Positions 43,526 to 58,903 of a DNA stretch of 64,000 nt are shown here, in pieces. The notes beneath the pieces are model-generated. The model ran no database searches. It was not told where the DNA came from and saw only the letters and a program-made list of their open reading frames with translations. The stretch is from positions 8,184,001 through 8,248,000 of the forward strand of contig OZ024750.1 in assembly GCA_964016885.1 (NCBI GenBank). The letters are read 5' to 3'. This stretch comes from Eledone cirrhosa (lineage: Eukaryota). The stretch's first letter is position 1, and every line of letters begins with the position of its first letter. Both the position numbers and the translations under genes were made by a program.

Positions 43526-44862
43526 AACTTCAGTCGTACCCTTGAAAGTGGAGACTTGTGGTGTCCTTGGCCCTAGGGCTACCTCCCTACTCACCACCAG
43601 AGGCGCTGAACTGGCCAGCCGCAGGTGAGAGCCTCGCGAGATGAAATGGCTCTTCTAGCGCGTCTCTCTTACCATCATCCCGGGAAAACGCCTTCTCCAT
43701 TCTGTCCGCCGGGGCTGTGGGGAGGCCAACACATGCGACCCCATTTGCTCAGCATACGGAGAGATGGGGAGGGCGAGAGAGATGGAGGCGATGACAGTGG
43801 GAGTTCAGCTGTTCTTTCATGTTTACTTAGGTTACTATTTGGTATACACCTCTGGCAGAAAGTCGCGGTCCAACGCACATCAGCTATCTACATACACAGT
43901 ACCATTAAGGTAAAACACACATACGCACGCACAATATCCTCCACCTCCATTTACCTATCTATATCTCAACACCTTGGTAGATTTCTGTTTTCATTTGCTA
44001 CCAGAGTGAATAAATTTAATATCACCAATATACTGAGGTCCATTCTCCACATTTTTTTTTCTCAAAAATTGACTTGCTTCTAAATAGGAAATCAATTTAA
44101 ATGAAATAAATATTCGCACAGGAAAGAAAATTTTAATCAGAGGCTACTAAGTCCCCCACCCCAAGGCACCCAGGCTCCACAATCTGACAATTTAATACCA
44201 ATCCATCATATTGATGATTGCACTATTTTCATTCGGTATTGAATATTTATTAAACTATAATGTCATAATGTATTTTTCATTGGTTCTAGCTATACATTTA
44301 GCATTCTACCGAGTAATTAGGCTAAGAAGATTCGCTTTCAGATCCGGTTCTTTAAAGGACATTCTTTGAAAGAAATAGTTAATAAAATCTTGTTTCCGTT
44401 CAATCTAATTATTGACATTTTATCTACAAACGAAGTAAATTAAAGAGACTTGTAATCAATCTATGCGTCCGTCCACGAACATAATAGCTTATCTATTTTA
44501 TTGTACTATTAAGATCATATTTACATTCAATACCATTATTTTTTTAAAGGAGCTTCTTTTCGGACAAAAAAATATCAGCCATGATGAAATTATTCCATTT
44601 AAGAATTTATGTATGTAGAGAGGACTGTAACGAATAAGTACCATATTAGCAGTTGCTTACATTAGAGTTTTAGTTCGTTATTACTGCTTGATACATCTTC
44701 GTGTTTAGAGTTTAGGGATCTTTTACTATCGTGATCTCATATGTTTTGCTTTCTTGGGAGTAGACAACACAAAATTAACCAACAGGTAGTACTGGTTTAC
44801 ACCTTTGGGGATTCAGGTCGACTTTTGACCTGCCGAAATTCAGAGCTCAAAAGGTAGTTTTA

Positions 44863-45370
44863 GAAATAATGTTTTTTGATTTAGTCGCAAGGCCAACAAT
44901 TTTGGTGGAAGAGGAAAGTCAATTAAATCGACCCCAGTGCATTACTGGTACTTTATTTTAAGGACCCTGTAAGGATGAAAGGCAAAGCTAACCTCGGTGG
45001 GATTTAAACTCAGCACATAAAGGGAGAAATAATGGTTTCTTATATAGGCACAAGGTCATCAATTTGGGGGGAGGGGAAAGTCGATTAAATCGACCTCTGT
45101 GCGTGACTGGTACTTTATTTCATCGACCCCGTAAGGATGAAAGGCAAAGTTAACCTCGGTGAGATTTGAACTCAGAATGGCAAGGGCCGTAACTCTATGC
45201 GTCAAAGCATGGCGTCCGACCCTCTAACGATACTGCCAATCCACCGGGAGAAATAATTGTTTCTACTTTTGGCACAAGGCCAGCAATTACCCAGTGTATT
45301 ACTGGTACTTTATTTTATCGACCCCATAAGGATGAAAGGCAAAGTTAACCTCGGCGGTATTTGAACTCAA
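44863..45370 (-). mobile_element. Three adjacent SINE copies
   Basis: The middle long-variant copy is flanked by gggagaaataat (45022-45033, 45246-45257). Confidence 0.83.
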
Positions 45371-45761
45371 ACAATTTAAGAACTATCACTTTGTTGAAGC
45401 CTCGGATTTTGGTTTCGATTCTTTTTCATTTGACAGCATGTTACGTCACATTACGACTGCGAGATATAAATAGAAATATACCAGGAAAGAGTTGATTGGA
45501 ATGGTTCAACTGAGACGTTGCTACCACATCATATTTACTTAGTAGCGCATGCATTTAATAGGCAATAAATAATGTGTTTTATTATCTTACAATAAAACAT
45601 TCTGGCGTGTCGTTAAGAAAAAGACGTAATTCGCTGCTTCTCATCTACAAGTGTTTGTATTTTATCATTAGACAAAGATCCTAATTCTTCACGTAGTGTC
45701 AAGCTTGATTGATTCGGCTAGGCCGAAGAAGAACTAAGCGCATCATATCATAACTAATGTG

Positions 45762-45830
<69 letters not shown>

Positions 45831-45879
45831 ACTTATATATATGTGTATATATATATATATAAAGACTTATATATATGTG

Positions 45880-45943
<64 letters not shown>

Positions 45944-46508
45944 TATATATATACACACACACACATACACACATACACACATACACACATACATATACAC
46001 ACATATACATACACATATATATATATATATATGTGTGTATGTGTGTGTATATGTGTGTGTGTGTGTGTATATATATGTGTGTATATATATATGTGAGGAT
46101 AGAGAGGATATTTATTGATCACACTTTCAACTAGGTTATTATAGTTTATCTCTAACAGTTGGTTTAAGGTCCATAAGTAAAATCAACATTAAATAGTTCA
46201 CCAGTAAATAGTAAACATTCACCATAACACAATTCATGTTTGTTTTAGTCTCATAAATCAAAATATTTAATCAGACAAATACATACCAGTATATATTGAA
46301 ATATTGACGATGTGTACGAGTGCAATTCCTTTGATTTGTATATATATATATATAGAGAGAGATTTTGAGTATATGTTGGTTGTATACCAACACCTCAGTA
46401 TGCAGGCTGGAGCACTCGACGAAGTGCGCAGGTTGGTTTGGTTACTCCGGAGTAATGTAAAATAAAGTAAAATAAAAGTCAAATGTTTAAAATTTAGCTT
46501 CGTTTATT

Positions 46509-46563
46509 ACTGCTATATATATTTCGGTGACAGCCATCTTTGGCTGTGACCTCTTCAGGCAGT
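46509..46563 (-). ncRNA. Type I hammerhead ribozyme motif
   Basis: Minus strand: ACTGC-CTGAAGA-GGTCACAGCC AAAGAT GGCTGTCACC-GAAA-TATATA-TA-GCAGT. Perfect stem I, 9/10-bp stem II, palindromic stem III, AUA site. Confidence 0.85.
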
Positions 46564-46811
46564 CCGTATTAGTGTGGTATAGACAAATACATATGTTGTT
46601 GAGGTGTATAATTTTGTCAATACTCTGATATGCCCAGTTCCTGGTTGGGTTGTTATTTCACTGAGGAACTGGAATCATATAAATTAAATATAACTTCTGC
46701 ATATATATATATATATATATGCAGAAGTTATATTTAATTTGTTGAGATTCTAACAAGCTTAAAAGTTTTATAACTGATATAAAGCACTCAACGGAAAATG
46801 GAGTAAATATT

Positions 46812-47171
46812 CAATATATTAATAAATGGAAACTATATTTATAAAGCCATAATTATTTTATTATATATATTTCAAGGGCAACCAAGGGCAACCAAGGTAG
46901 TTTTGGTGCGCTTTCATCAGATAAAATACAAAATTTGTTTTACAAATGTTGACATACCCGTAGAAAAACAACCTTGACGGTTGAAGGTTCGCTGACTATC
47001 CTGCGAACCTGCAACCGTCAATGTTGTTTTTCTACGGGTATGTCAACATTTATAAAACAAATTTTGTATTTTATCTGATGAAAGCGCACCAAAACTGCTT
47101 TGGTTGCCCTTGAAATATATATAATAAAATAATTATGGCTTTATAAATATAGTTTCCATTTATTAATATAT

Positions 47172-47173
<2 letters not shown>
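46812..47173. mobile_element. Fold-back element, ~170-180-bp arms, 10-nt loop 46993-47002
   Basis: Reverse-complement arms. The left arm has a 10-nt duplication (aagggcaacc). Ends in (TA)n. Confidence 0.9.
47067..47131 (+). ncRNA. Type I hammerhead motif in the right arm of a 362-bp palindrome (mirror copy 46854-46928, - strand)
   Basis: TATTTTAT-CTGATGA-AAGCGCACCAAA ACTGC TTTGGTTGCCCTT-GAAA-TATATA-TA-ATAAAATA. 8-bp stem I, long stem II, AUA site. Confidence 0.8.
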
Positions 47174-47226
<53 letters not shown>

Positions 47227-47304
47227 ATTTCAAATAAGACAAACGCCAAAACCTATTCAAGTTTAGTGCATATATAATTGATACACATACACGCATAATG
47301 TCAT

Positions 47305-47420
47305 AATGGTTTCTACTTTTGGCACAAGGCCAGAAATTAACCAGTGTATTACTGGTACTTTATTTTATCGACCCTGTAAGGATGAAAGGCAAAGTTAACC
47401 TCGGCCGGATTGGAACTCAT
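47305..47420 (-). mobile_element. 5'-truncated SINE copy
   Basis: Tail, core and B box only. Confidence 0.8.
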
Positions 47421-47748
47421 AATGTCATAATCGTACATAATCAGACACAAGCACGTATATGCGTAGTATACACACACACACACACACACATGTATATATG
47501 ACTATGTGTCTATGTGTAAACATGTATATGTGTATGCGTATGTAGGTTTATATGTATGCGTATACATATATGAATATATAACTTTGTGTGTGTGGTTGCA
47601 TATAAGTATATACTTATGTAAGGATATATGTGTTTGTGTGTGCGTTTTAATGTATCCATACATATTGAATATGTATGATGCTCATGCTTTTCAATAAATA
47701 AGCTCAATGGATCTTGGTTCTGAGCATCAATAATTCAAACGATATATG

Positions 47749-47827
<79 letters not shown>

Positions 47828-47829
<2 letters not shown>

Positions 47830-48187
47830 CGAAGGAATTGTGGTAAGGAACCAGATGGACCATAACGCACGAGAATTCTCAATACTTAGGGTAGTAGAGT
47901 GGGTAATAGGAGAAAGTATGACCCCGACGGCAAAGCTCAAGCCGTTTCGACGGCTATTTCTGAACTAAAGTAAGAGTTTTTTTTAGTCTGGTAAATAAAT
48001 AGCCGAACTTTTTAAGGGGTACTTCCTTATATGGGAAGATTATAGTTGTCAAGAGGATTGGTCAAAATTTGTAGCAGAAACAGAAAAGTCTATCATGGCA
48101 TTTATTTACCAGACTAAAAAACTCTTACTTTAGTCCAGAAATAGCCGTCGAAACGGCTTGAGCTCTGCCGTCGGGGTCATACTTTCT

Positions 48188-48192
<5 letters not shown>
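47828..48192. mobile_element. Copy of the 63092 family with ~94-bp inverted arms (47906-48000 / 48100-48192)
   Basis: Direct sequence comparison; flanked by (TA)n on both sides. Confidence 0.85.
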
Positions 48193-48251
<59 letters not shown>

Positions 48252-49722
48252 TGTATACTAATGGTAAGGTGCAATTTAAGAGGGATTTGGTTGCTATTTC
48301 GAGCATGTCGAGATTCCCACTTGGCTCAATACACTGTATGCCACATATGATGGAGAATCTTTGCACAGGAAAGGTAGGAAGTTAAACTGTACTGTTTGTA
48401 TTGCAGTAGTTTCTGAAGCCCGAAGGTACTTTACGAAGCTAACTTAATGCTGTTTTTTCATATATCAGCGTTGGTCACACAGATCTTATGATTAAGAGTT
48501 TCTAACCATCACAATCCAATTCCGATATAATGTATCTAGTTCTGCATTACCAGATGTGTGTTTCTTTCTTTTCAAGGCAATGGAGTGTGATATGGGGAGG
48601 AATTGACTGTCATATCTAACATAGCGTGTAGAGGCTCCCAAAGTCTATTTGAAAACCGTCTAATGTGATTTTCATCTATTCAGCTTAATGCCAAATGCTA
48701 ATAATAGGAGGGGATGGGTGATTTAAATTCTATCATTATTCATACTACAACATTACGGAAGATATTATGCAATTTCAATCATAAGAAAGAGTAAAACGGT
48801 TTTACAACTAATCGAGTCATAAATTTGATAGTTTACTGTGTGGATTTTTACATCAGGAATTCATTGTCAAATAATGGCACTTAAGTGGTTTCTGTACCTA
48901 AATAACACTAAAAAGAGAACTGTCATGTATTTTATAAATTCTTTTGATAATTTCATAAACTCTCTTTTATGGCCATGTTTCTTATCTCTTGATCATTCGG
49001 AATATTTATATGAGAAGTTTTCATTGAGAATCTGTTGATGAGATTTCGCTAGAACTGTTCTCTCTCACAAAAGCAAATGATTCCAAATCATTTATATTTC
49101 TCACAACATTTGATATACATTCATTCCTTGTTCTATTTTCTTTTAATGAGTTCATATACTCCCGAAGTGCTCTTCCTTCTGTCTACAAATGTTTTTTTCC
49201 TATTTCCGACAAATATGAAGTATCTTGAATTGACGGGTAAATGCAGAACTTCGTCTTAGAAAGGAAGTTTTAAATCAATACACAGTGAGCCACATCAACT
49301 ATTTTTGTTCATTGATAATTGGTTTCGTTCTGTTAAAGTGTAAATTGTTTCCTAATACAGATCTTTCCCCCTTCAGGCTATTCATGTACTTGGATTAGTT
49401 TTCTTTTTAAGATTTCCAAAAACGTTTATCTTAGAGAGACTTTTCAGACTTAATAATTATTTTATATAATTCTTACAAGACAGAATTTTGGAATTATATA
49501 TATTTCATCCTAAAAAATATATCTTTCTATTTATCAAGTATTCCTGTGAATTTATCATCATAAAATAAAACGAATTATTTGAATAAATGCAGACAAAGTT
49601 ATTTTGAAAGACGATAAAAGATGTAATATTGTGTTACCTATTATGTTTCTGTTATATTGTATTCAATGTAATAGAAAATCGATCACTTAATCTCGATTAT
49701 CCAATCAATAGATTTATATATA

Positions 49723-49756
<34 letters not shown>

Positions 49757-49863
49757 TATATATATATATTAGATATATATATATTAGATATATATATATA
49801 TTAGATATATATATATATTAGATATATATATATATATATAAATTAGATATATATATATATATA

Positions 49864-49899
<36 letters not shown>

Positions 49900-49921
49900 T
49901 ATATATATATATATATATATT

Positions 49922-49997
<76 letters not shown>

Positions 49998-50017
49998 TAT
50001 ATATATATATATATTAG

Positions 50018-50140
<123 letters not shown>

Positions 50141-50141
50141 T

Positions 50142-50177
<36 letters not shown>

Positions 50178-50201
50178 TATATATATATATATATATATAT
50201 T

Positions 50202-50239
<38 letters not shown>

Positions 50240-50311
50240 TATATATATATATATATATATATTAGATATATATATATATATATATATCTAATATATATAT
50301 ATATATATATA

Positions 50312-50343
<32 letters not shown>

Positions 50344-50424
50344 CTTATATATATATATATATCTAATTTATATATATATATATATATCTAATATATATAT
50401 ATACATATTATATATATATATATT

Positions 50425-50474
<50 letters not shown>

Positions 50475-50539
50475 TAGATATATATATATATATATGTATA
50501 TATATTAGATATATATATATATATATGTATATATATTAG

Positions 50540-50615
<76 letters not shown>

Positions 50616-51082
50616 TTATATATATATATATATATATATATTAGATATATATATATATATATATATATATTAGATATATATATATATATATATATATATT
50701 AGATAGATATATATATATATATATATATATTAGATATATATATATATATATGCATTAGATATATATATATATATATATATTAGATATATATATATATATT
50801 AGATATATATATATATATATATATATTAGATATATATATATATATATATATATTAGATATATACATATATATATATATACATATATATATATACATATAT
50901 ATATATATTATAAACTGTGTCCATAGAATCATTTGATAATATAAATACACTATTTCCTCTCCCAATTAGCATAATCAACCACACAAAAAACCAATTAAAC
51001 CAGGCTATAAGATTCAAAGGCACCTATGAAGAAATACTAGATAAATAAACGACAGCAATCTATTCGCATATATATATATATA

Positions 51083-51154
<72 letters not shown>

Positions 51155-51212
51155 TATATGTATATATATATATATGCATATATATATATATATATATATA
51201 TATAGATATATG

Positions 51213-51328
<116 letters not shown>

Positions 51329-51380
51329 GATATATGTATATATGTATATATATATAGATATATGTATATATATATATAGA

Positions 51381-51426
<46 letters not shown>

Positions 51427-51570
51427 GATATATGTATATATATATATATATATAGATATATGTATATATATATATATATATGCATATGTATATATATATA
51501 TATATATATATATGCATATATATATATGCATATATATATATGCATATATATATATATATATATGCATGTA

Positions 51571-51603
<33 letters not shown>

Positions 51604-51881
51604 GCATGTATATATATACATATGTATATACATATATATATATATGCATGTATATATATATACATATATATATATGTATATATATATATATGCATATATA
51701 TATATTGTTATACTTTGGGAGGGTCATGTTGTCAACACACGATTTCAGATAAAGAATCTTGCTAAACAAATTCAGAAACGACATATATATATTTATATAT
51801 ACATATATATATATATATACATATGTATATATATATATGTATATATATATATACATATATACATATATGTATATATATATA

Positions 51882-51940
<59 letters not shown>

Positions 51941-51969
51941 GCATATATATATGCATATGCATACATATA

Positions 51970-52001
<32 letters not shown>

Positions 52002-52098
52002 ATGTATAAAAATCAATACAATATAATTACCTCATTACCAGAGGTTTCCCGAATGAGGCGAATACGAAATAAACGACTTCATTCGTTCGTCAGACGCG

Positions 52099-52454
52099 GC
52101 AACCTTCAGGTTCATAATATGTGGTGACAGTCAAGTTTGCAATTTTCAACTGTATATATATATATATGCATATGTATATGTATATGCATATATGTATATA
52201 TATATATGCATATATATATATATATGCATATGTATATATATATGCATATATGCATATATATATGCATATATATATATGCATATATATATATATATGCATA
52301 TATATATATATGCATATATATATATGCATATATACATATATATATATATGCATATATACATATATATATATATGCATATATACATATATATATATATACA
52401 TATATACATATATATATATATACATATATGCATATATATATATATACATATATG

Positions 52455-52505
<51 letters not shown>

Positions 52506-52530
52506 GCATGTATATATATATATATGCATG

Positions 52531-52583
<53 letters not shown>

Positions 52584-53370
52584 GCATATATATATATATA
52601 TATGCATATATATATATATATATGCATATATATATATATATGCATATATATATATATATGCATATATATATATATATATATGCATGTATATATATATATA
52701 TATGCATATATATATATATATATATGCATATATATATATATATATGCATATATATATATATATATATGCATATATATATATATATATATGCATATATATA
52801 TATATACATATGCATATATATATATACATATGCATGTATATATATATATATATGCATGTATATATATATGCATATATATATACATATGCATGTATATATA
52901 TATATATATGCATATATATATATATGCATGTATATATATATATATATATGCATATATATATATATATATGCATATATATATATATATATATGCATATATA
53001 TATATATATATGCATATATATATATATATGCATGTATATATATATATATATGCATATATATATATATATGCATATATATATACATATGCATATATATATA
53101 TATATACATATGCATGTATATATATATATATATATATGCATGTATATATATATGCATATATATATATATATACATATGCATGTATATATATATATATATG
53201 CATATATATATATATATATATGCATATATATATATATGCATATATGCATATATATATACATATGCATATATATATATATGCATATATATATACATATATG
53301 CATATATATATATATACAGTTGAAAATTGCAAACTTGACTGTCACCACACATTATTAACCTGAAGGTTGC
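52099..53370. repeat. 55-bp inverted unique arms (52099-52153 / 53316-53370) enclosing ~1.16 kb of self-complementary (TA)n/TGCA microsatellite
   Basis: gcaaccttcaggttcataatatgtggtgacagtcaagtttgcaattttcaactgt and its near-perfect reverse complement. The ORF track shows mirror peptides [11 protein letters not shown] on both strands. Confidence 0.9.
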
Positions 53371-53395
53371 GAAAGCATGAAAGTACTTGTTCAAT
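53354..53395 (+). ncRNA. Hammerhead-like motif with core variant CUGAAGG (A9G)
   Basis: ATTAAC-CTGAAGG-T TGC GAAA GCA T-GAAA-GTAC-TT-GTTCAAT. The inverted arm at ~52110 reads TGAAC, which restores perfect pairing with GTTCA. Confidence 0.6.
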
Positions 53396-53550
53396 TAACA
53401 CTTAGAATTTAATATTCTATCATACTATTTCATTATAATACCATTATAAATTTTAAATGATTGTAAATAAAACGAGTAAATCTGACAAAGTTGGAATTCC
53501 TCTTATTAATATAATCTTCTATACACAATCATACACACCCGTGTATATTT

Positions 53551-53652
<102 letters not shown>

Positions 53653-53742
53653 ATATATATATATATAATATATATATATATAATATATATATATATAATA
53701 TATATATATATAATATATATATATATAATATATATATATATA

Positions 53743-53835
<93 letters not shown>

Positions 53836-53836
53836 A

Positions 53837-53968
<132 letters not shown>

Positions 53969-54674
53969 GTATATATACATATATATATACATATATGCAT
54001 ATATATATATATACATATATGCATATGCATATATATATATATATATATACATATATGCATATATATATATGCATATATATATATATACATATATGCATAT
54101 GCATATATATATATACATATATGCATATATATATATACATATATGCATATGCATATATATACATATATGCATATATATATATACATATATGCATATGCAT
54201 ATATATACATATATGCATATGCATATATATGCATATATGCATATGCATATATTTATACATATATGTATATGCATATATTTATACATATATGCATATGCAT
54301 ATATTTATACATATATGCATATATATATATATATATATATTATAAGCAAGTGATATAATATATTCAATTGTTTGACATTTCTAAAACATATTCTTCATCG
54401 AATGATCAGCTTTTGTCGACTGTGCAGGATAATAGTTTTCAAACATAAACCCATTATAGGTTTTAAAGCCAGCATGTCTAAGAAATACTCATCATTTGTG
54501 AGATAAATTACCCCTCTTCTTTAAAAGATGATTTACATCTCATCGTTCTATTTTCTTTTGTATTTAATTAAGATGGACTTCCTACTGGCGTCTTGCTCAT
54601 CGTTGCGTTAGTAAATCGCCTGAAAGCACTGAGATTTCAACCAACATTTCAGCCGTAAAATATATTAATTGTAT

Positions 54675-55138
54675 TTCTATTGTACTATATTAGTGCTGAG
54701 CGGTTCAAATATATTTGTGTAGAAACCATTCTTTATTCTATTACAACCGATAGTATTGTCAGTATTCACTGTTTTATAGTTTTATATCTTCGATGGGTTT
54801 ACTATGTGTTAATGGAACAGGCGTTTTCAAATCACAATAGCTGTAGTGTTGAAACGTTTGTTCTACAACTCCGTGACACCAGGTTCGATCTTACAGAGCA
54901 TTATCTTAGGGGGTGCATTTTACCCTTCTATTGTACTATATTAGTGCTGAGTGTTTCAAATAAATTTGTGTAGAAACCATTCTTTATTCTATTACAACCG
55001 ATAGTATTGTCAGTATTCACTGTTTTATATCTTTGTTGGGTTTTCTGTGTTAATGGAACAGGCGTTTTCAAATCACAATAGCTGTGGGGTTAAAACGTTT
55101 GTTCTAGAACGACGTGACTCTAGGTTCGATCCTACAGC
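54675..55138. repeat. Direct tandem duplication, ~250-bp period
   Basis: ttctattgtactatattagtgctgag...ggttcgatc occurs at 54675 and 54926. Confidence 0.85.
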
Positions 55139-56179
55139 AACACTTTCTTTTCTACGATATTATGTAGTAGGTATAAACCCTCATTTTATTTCGAATAGTA
55201 ATCTGAGAATATTTATAATTACACTAAATATCCAACTCTTGCGATAACTATTTAGTCACGCGTGATATTGTACACGAATTGGTCATTATATGTAATATTT
55301 CTGTTTCAAATTTTATTTTGTTAGTGAATGAAAATATGAATTAATCAAGAAAGTTATTTAAACTTAAATACCAAAAAAAAAAAAATACAATAAAAAATAC
55401 CAAACAATCTCTAAGCATATTTTTGTTTTTTCTTGCATTCAAGATCATCTTTGATCTTGGAGACCTGCTTATTCGTAGTAGTAGAGCGAACTTAAGCCTG
55501 CGAGCCAATTGGTTTCTAATCACGTCAAAAGACTCTCATGCCCTACTCTTTTTCACAGGGAACGAAACAGGGCTCATGTTGTAAGGATCCTGTATGTTGT
55601 CTATATGTCACAGATGCTGTAGCTAGACAGAATGACACAAAGGTATGTACAGTTATATACATCCTTTTGCTGTCAAGCGGCTAGTTAGAAATATATTCAT
55701 CTTTAATGAAATTTAATCCTCAGTATTATATTTTCAGTGTTTATTTTGAAAACAGCAGTAAATATACATTGCGTAGTTGTGTCCTGTGAGTGGCAAACAT
55801 CTAGTGTTTCAGTATTCTTGATCCAACTTGGACTCCCGGTCTAAGCTCTTCATTTACACCACTGGGGTTTGGAGAAATTCATGAATGTCACCAGATTTTT
55901 TTGTCATTGTATTTATTTTTGTAGTAACTGCCATTACATTCTTCACACATTCAGTATCAAGTTAATTATACATGCATGCCCCCCCCCCCGTAACTCCTAA
56001 GGGAGTGGTAGGGGCGCCATATTGACATACATCGTTTCTAGGGTATTTTTAAACCTGGTGGAGCCCATCTACTTTCCAGGTTTGAACACTGCAGATTTCC
56101 TCCAGGGAAGGATAGAAGTGAGAGAGGGGAAGTGAGAAAAATATATAAATATAAGCAAGAATCTAAATATGAGCAAGAA

Positions 56180-56337
56180 TCTACCCCAGTACTTGACTGA
56201 CTACTTGTTTTATCGACCTCGAATGGATGAAAGGCAATGTTGACCTCAACGGGGTTTGAGCTGAGAGAGCAGAGAGCGGAAATGAATACTGAAAAGCTTT
56301 CTATCCGACGTTCTAACGACTCAGCCAATTCGCCACC
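56180..56337 (-). mobile_element. Older diverged SINE copy (other old copies ~18790-18980, ~31340-31490, ~37400-37550)
   Basis: Degenerate ttttatcgacc..ggatgaaaggcaa..tttgagct..gccaattcgcc. Confidence 0.6.
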
Positions 56338-57630
56338 TCAAGCTTATTATATATATTGCAATTACCTGCAAATAGAGATATCTAGAATGTGATAATTGAA
56401 AGTAGAAAGTCTTCTAAGTATAAACTATTTCATCTTATTACAAAGATACACATAAGTCAGTCGCCTGATATTGGTTACTAACATAAGCAGAACCTTGGAG
56501 ATTTGAGCAGAGGATAAAGTCTTCTACACTGATCATAAAACTTGAACTCAACTCCAGATGGGTGGGAGACATATTTTCCATTAATTATCATAAGGTATAT
56601 AAGCTCTCGTATATATATATATATATATATAAGAAGTCAGCTCTACGCACGACGATGCCTTGGAATCGCTGGGGTACGATGACCCTAGCCTCGTCGAGCA
56701 AGAGCAAGAAGAAAAAGAATATATATAAGAAAGTTGTAATAAAATTTGAACCGTGATATTTTAAACCTCGGCAATAAGCAATGTGCCAAAAGTATACTGA
56801 AAGACGATAGTCGTCAATAAGCGATTCTGATTGCCAAACAATTTAAAATTATTAATTTCCCCGAATATTTGCTGTCATCTGGGTAACAGCCTCAAACATT
56901 AATAAATGTACATAAAGTGTTAAATGATAAGTATAGAATTACATGTAACCAGATGGAATAAATTATCCAAACTCCTTTATACAAACTCCCTTACTGTTTA
57001 GTAAAGGTAATTGTGGTTTGTACTGAAGAAAAAGAGATTAGAAGGGAAAAAAACACCTTAATACTATTTAGCTTTAAATTGATCTGCAACGAATACAGAG
57101 GATATTATTGCCAAGCTGGATATTACTGAACCTGACTGTACTACTTTCGTAATTAGTAAACATGAATGAGAAAAATAGGACAATCATATCCATAGCCAAT
57201 ATTTTGTCAAAGGTGAGCGCAAGAGAATTCATATTAAAAAAATGCTTATGAAAATTACATTTGAGCTTTGTACATGGATTGAACCTCCATCGATTCGATG
57301 ATGGATATATATATATAGGTAAGTTATTCCGGGTTGAATCGGAGGTAATCACAGTAAGTAAGGTATTCAATACATAGCAGAGTATAAAAGTTTTAATATA
57401 GATGAGATTCTACAGGACTAGAACCGTTTCATTCTTTAGATGATTTCTAAAGAATGAAACAGTTCTAGTCCTATAGAATCTCATCTATATTAAACATATA
57501 TATATATATATATGTGTGTGTGTGTATGTGTGTGCGTGAGGTAATTCCGAAGAAAAATCAAAGGAAAAAAGAGTGCTCTATGTATAGAACAGAGGTATTT
57601 AATTATAAAGTGAACAACACAATATAACTA

Positions 57631-57699
57631 CTCCATTGCCAAAGGTTTCTGGATCCCAGACAAATATTAATATACGTCTGGATCGGTCATCAGACAGAG
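57631..57699 (-). ncRNA. Degenerate hammerhead motif (U16.1 to C)
   Basis: Minus strand: CTCTGT-CTGATGA-CCGATCCAGAC...GTCTGGGATCCA-GAAA-CC TTT GG-CA-ATGGAG. All three stems form, but the triplet is GCA rather than GUA. Confidence 0.6.
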
Positions 57700-57881
57700 A
57701 TGTTATATATATATAAACATTTATATTCAGGCTAAAATGTGGGCCTTGTTGCTTTGGAGTTTCGGCTGTTTATCACAGGGTCATCCAGAGTAATAAGACT
57801 CACTTTTTAGCTTTAATATGAATGAATATTAAATCTCTACTTCGGTATTGACTACTCCTTTCTATCAGCCGTCAACCACAT

Positions 57882-57949
<68 letters not shown>

Positions 57950-58065
57950 CCCCAGCATGGCCTCAGCCGGATGGCTGAAACAGGTAAAAGAGTAAAAGGG
58001 TATATATATACCTTGATTAAATCTTAACCATTTAACATCTCAGGGTATGTCATATATCATTATAT

Positions 58066-58111
58066 GTTGTCTGATGAGGACGTACTGTTGTACATCCGAA
58101 ATATGTATAAT
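58066..58111 (+). ncRNA. Degenerate hammerhead motif
   Basis: GTTGT-CTGATGA-GGACGTAC TGTT GTACATCC-GAAA-TATGT-ATAAT. Good core and stem II; stem I/III register is off by one nt. Confidence 0.55.
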
Positions 58112-58268
58112 AAAATGTAATTGATAAAATGTAATTGATAAAAAGAACATCTATTTTATTAATATTTGTATTTTAATATTAATAACTCTGGAAAAATTTT
58201 TTTCATAGGGTGCTTCCAATCTACTGTAAAACTCATTCTTTGACATACTCATTAATATTGTTTAACTC

Positions 58269-58502
<234 letters not shown>

Positions 58503-58517
58503 AATATATATATATAA

Positions 58518-58630
<113 letters not shown>

Positions 58631-58640
58631 TATATATATA

Positions 58641-58903
58641 TAAATTGAAACAAAATGAAAACGAAATTTCATTTCTCACTCTTAGGATGGCACTTACTTA
58701 GATGTAAGTATGCATGTATACGTACATACATATATGTATACAGACGTACAGTAGCACGCACATATATATATATATATACATATATATATACATATGCATA
58801 CAGGTACACATACATATATGCACGTATCAGTTTAGCGGCGCTAACGTCGCTTTGTTCGTTTGTAAACAAACTGAACAGCCTGAATTTATGCCATACGGTG
58901 TTA
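58641..58903 (-). repeat. 263-bp inverted copy of part of the 466-bp monomer at the 5' end of the array
   Basis: 58641-58903 is the reverse complement of 59068-59330. Identical peptides appear in ORFs 58655(+) and 59316(-). Confidence 0.93.

Noticed and set aside
49377-49470. Possible F3 exon (AIHVLGL...) after a good acceptor; also 35470 (VPNFLPLVLGL...)
   Set aside because: Both run into stop codons without a convincing donor, and resemblance to talin VPRLLGI is weak.
56632-56712. GC-rich stem-loop after a TA tract as a further ribozyme
   Set aside because: No intact CUGANGA/GAAA pair on either strand.
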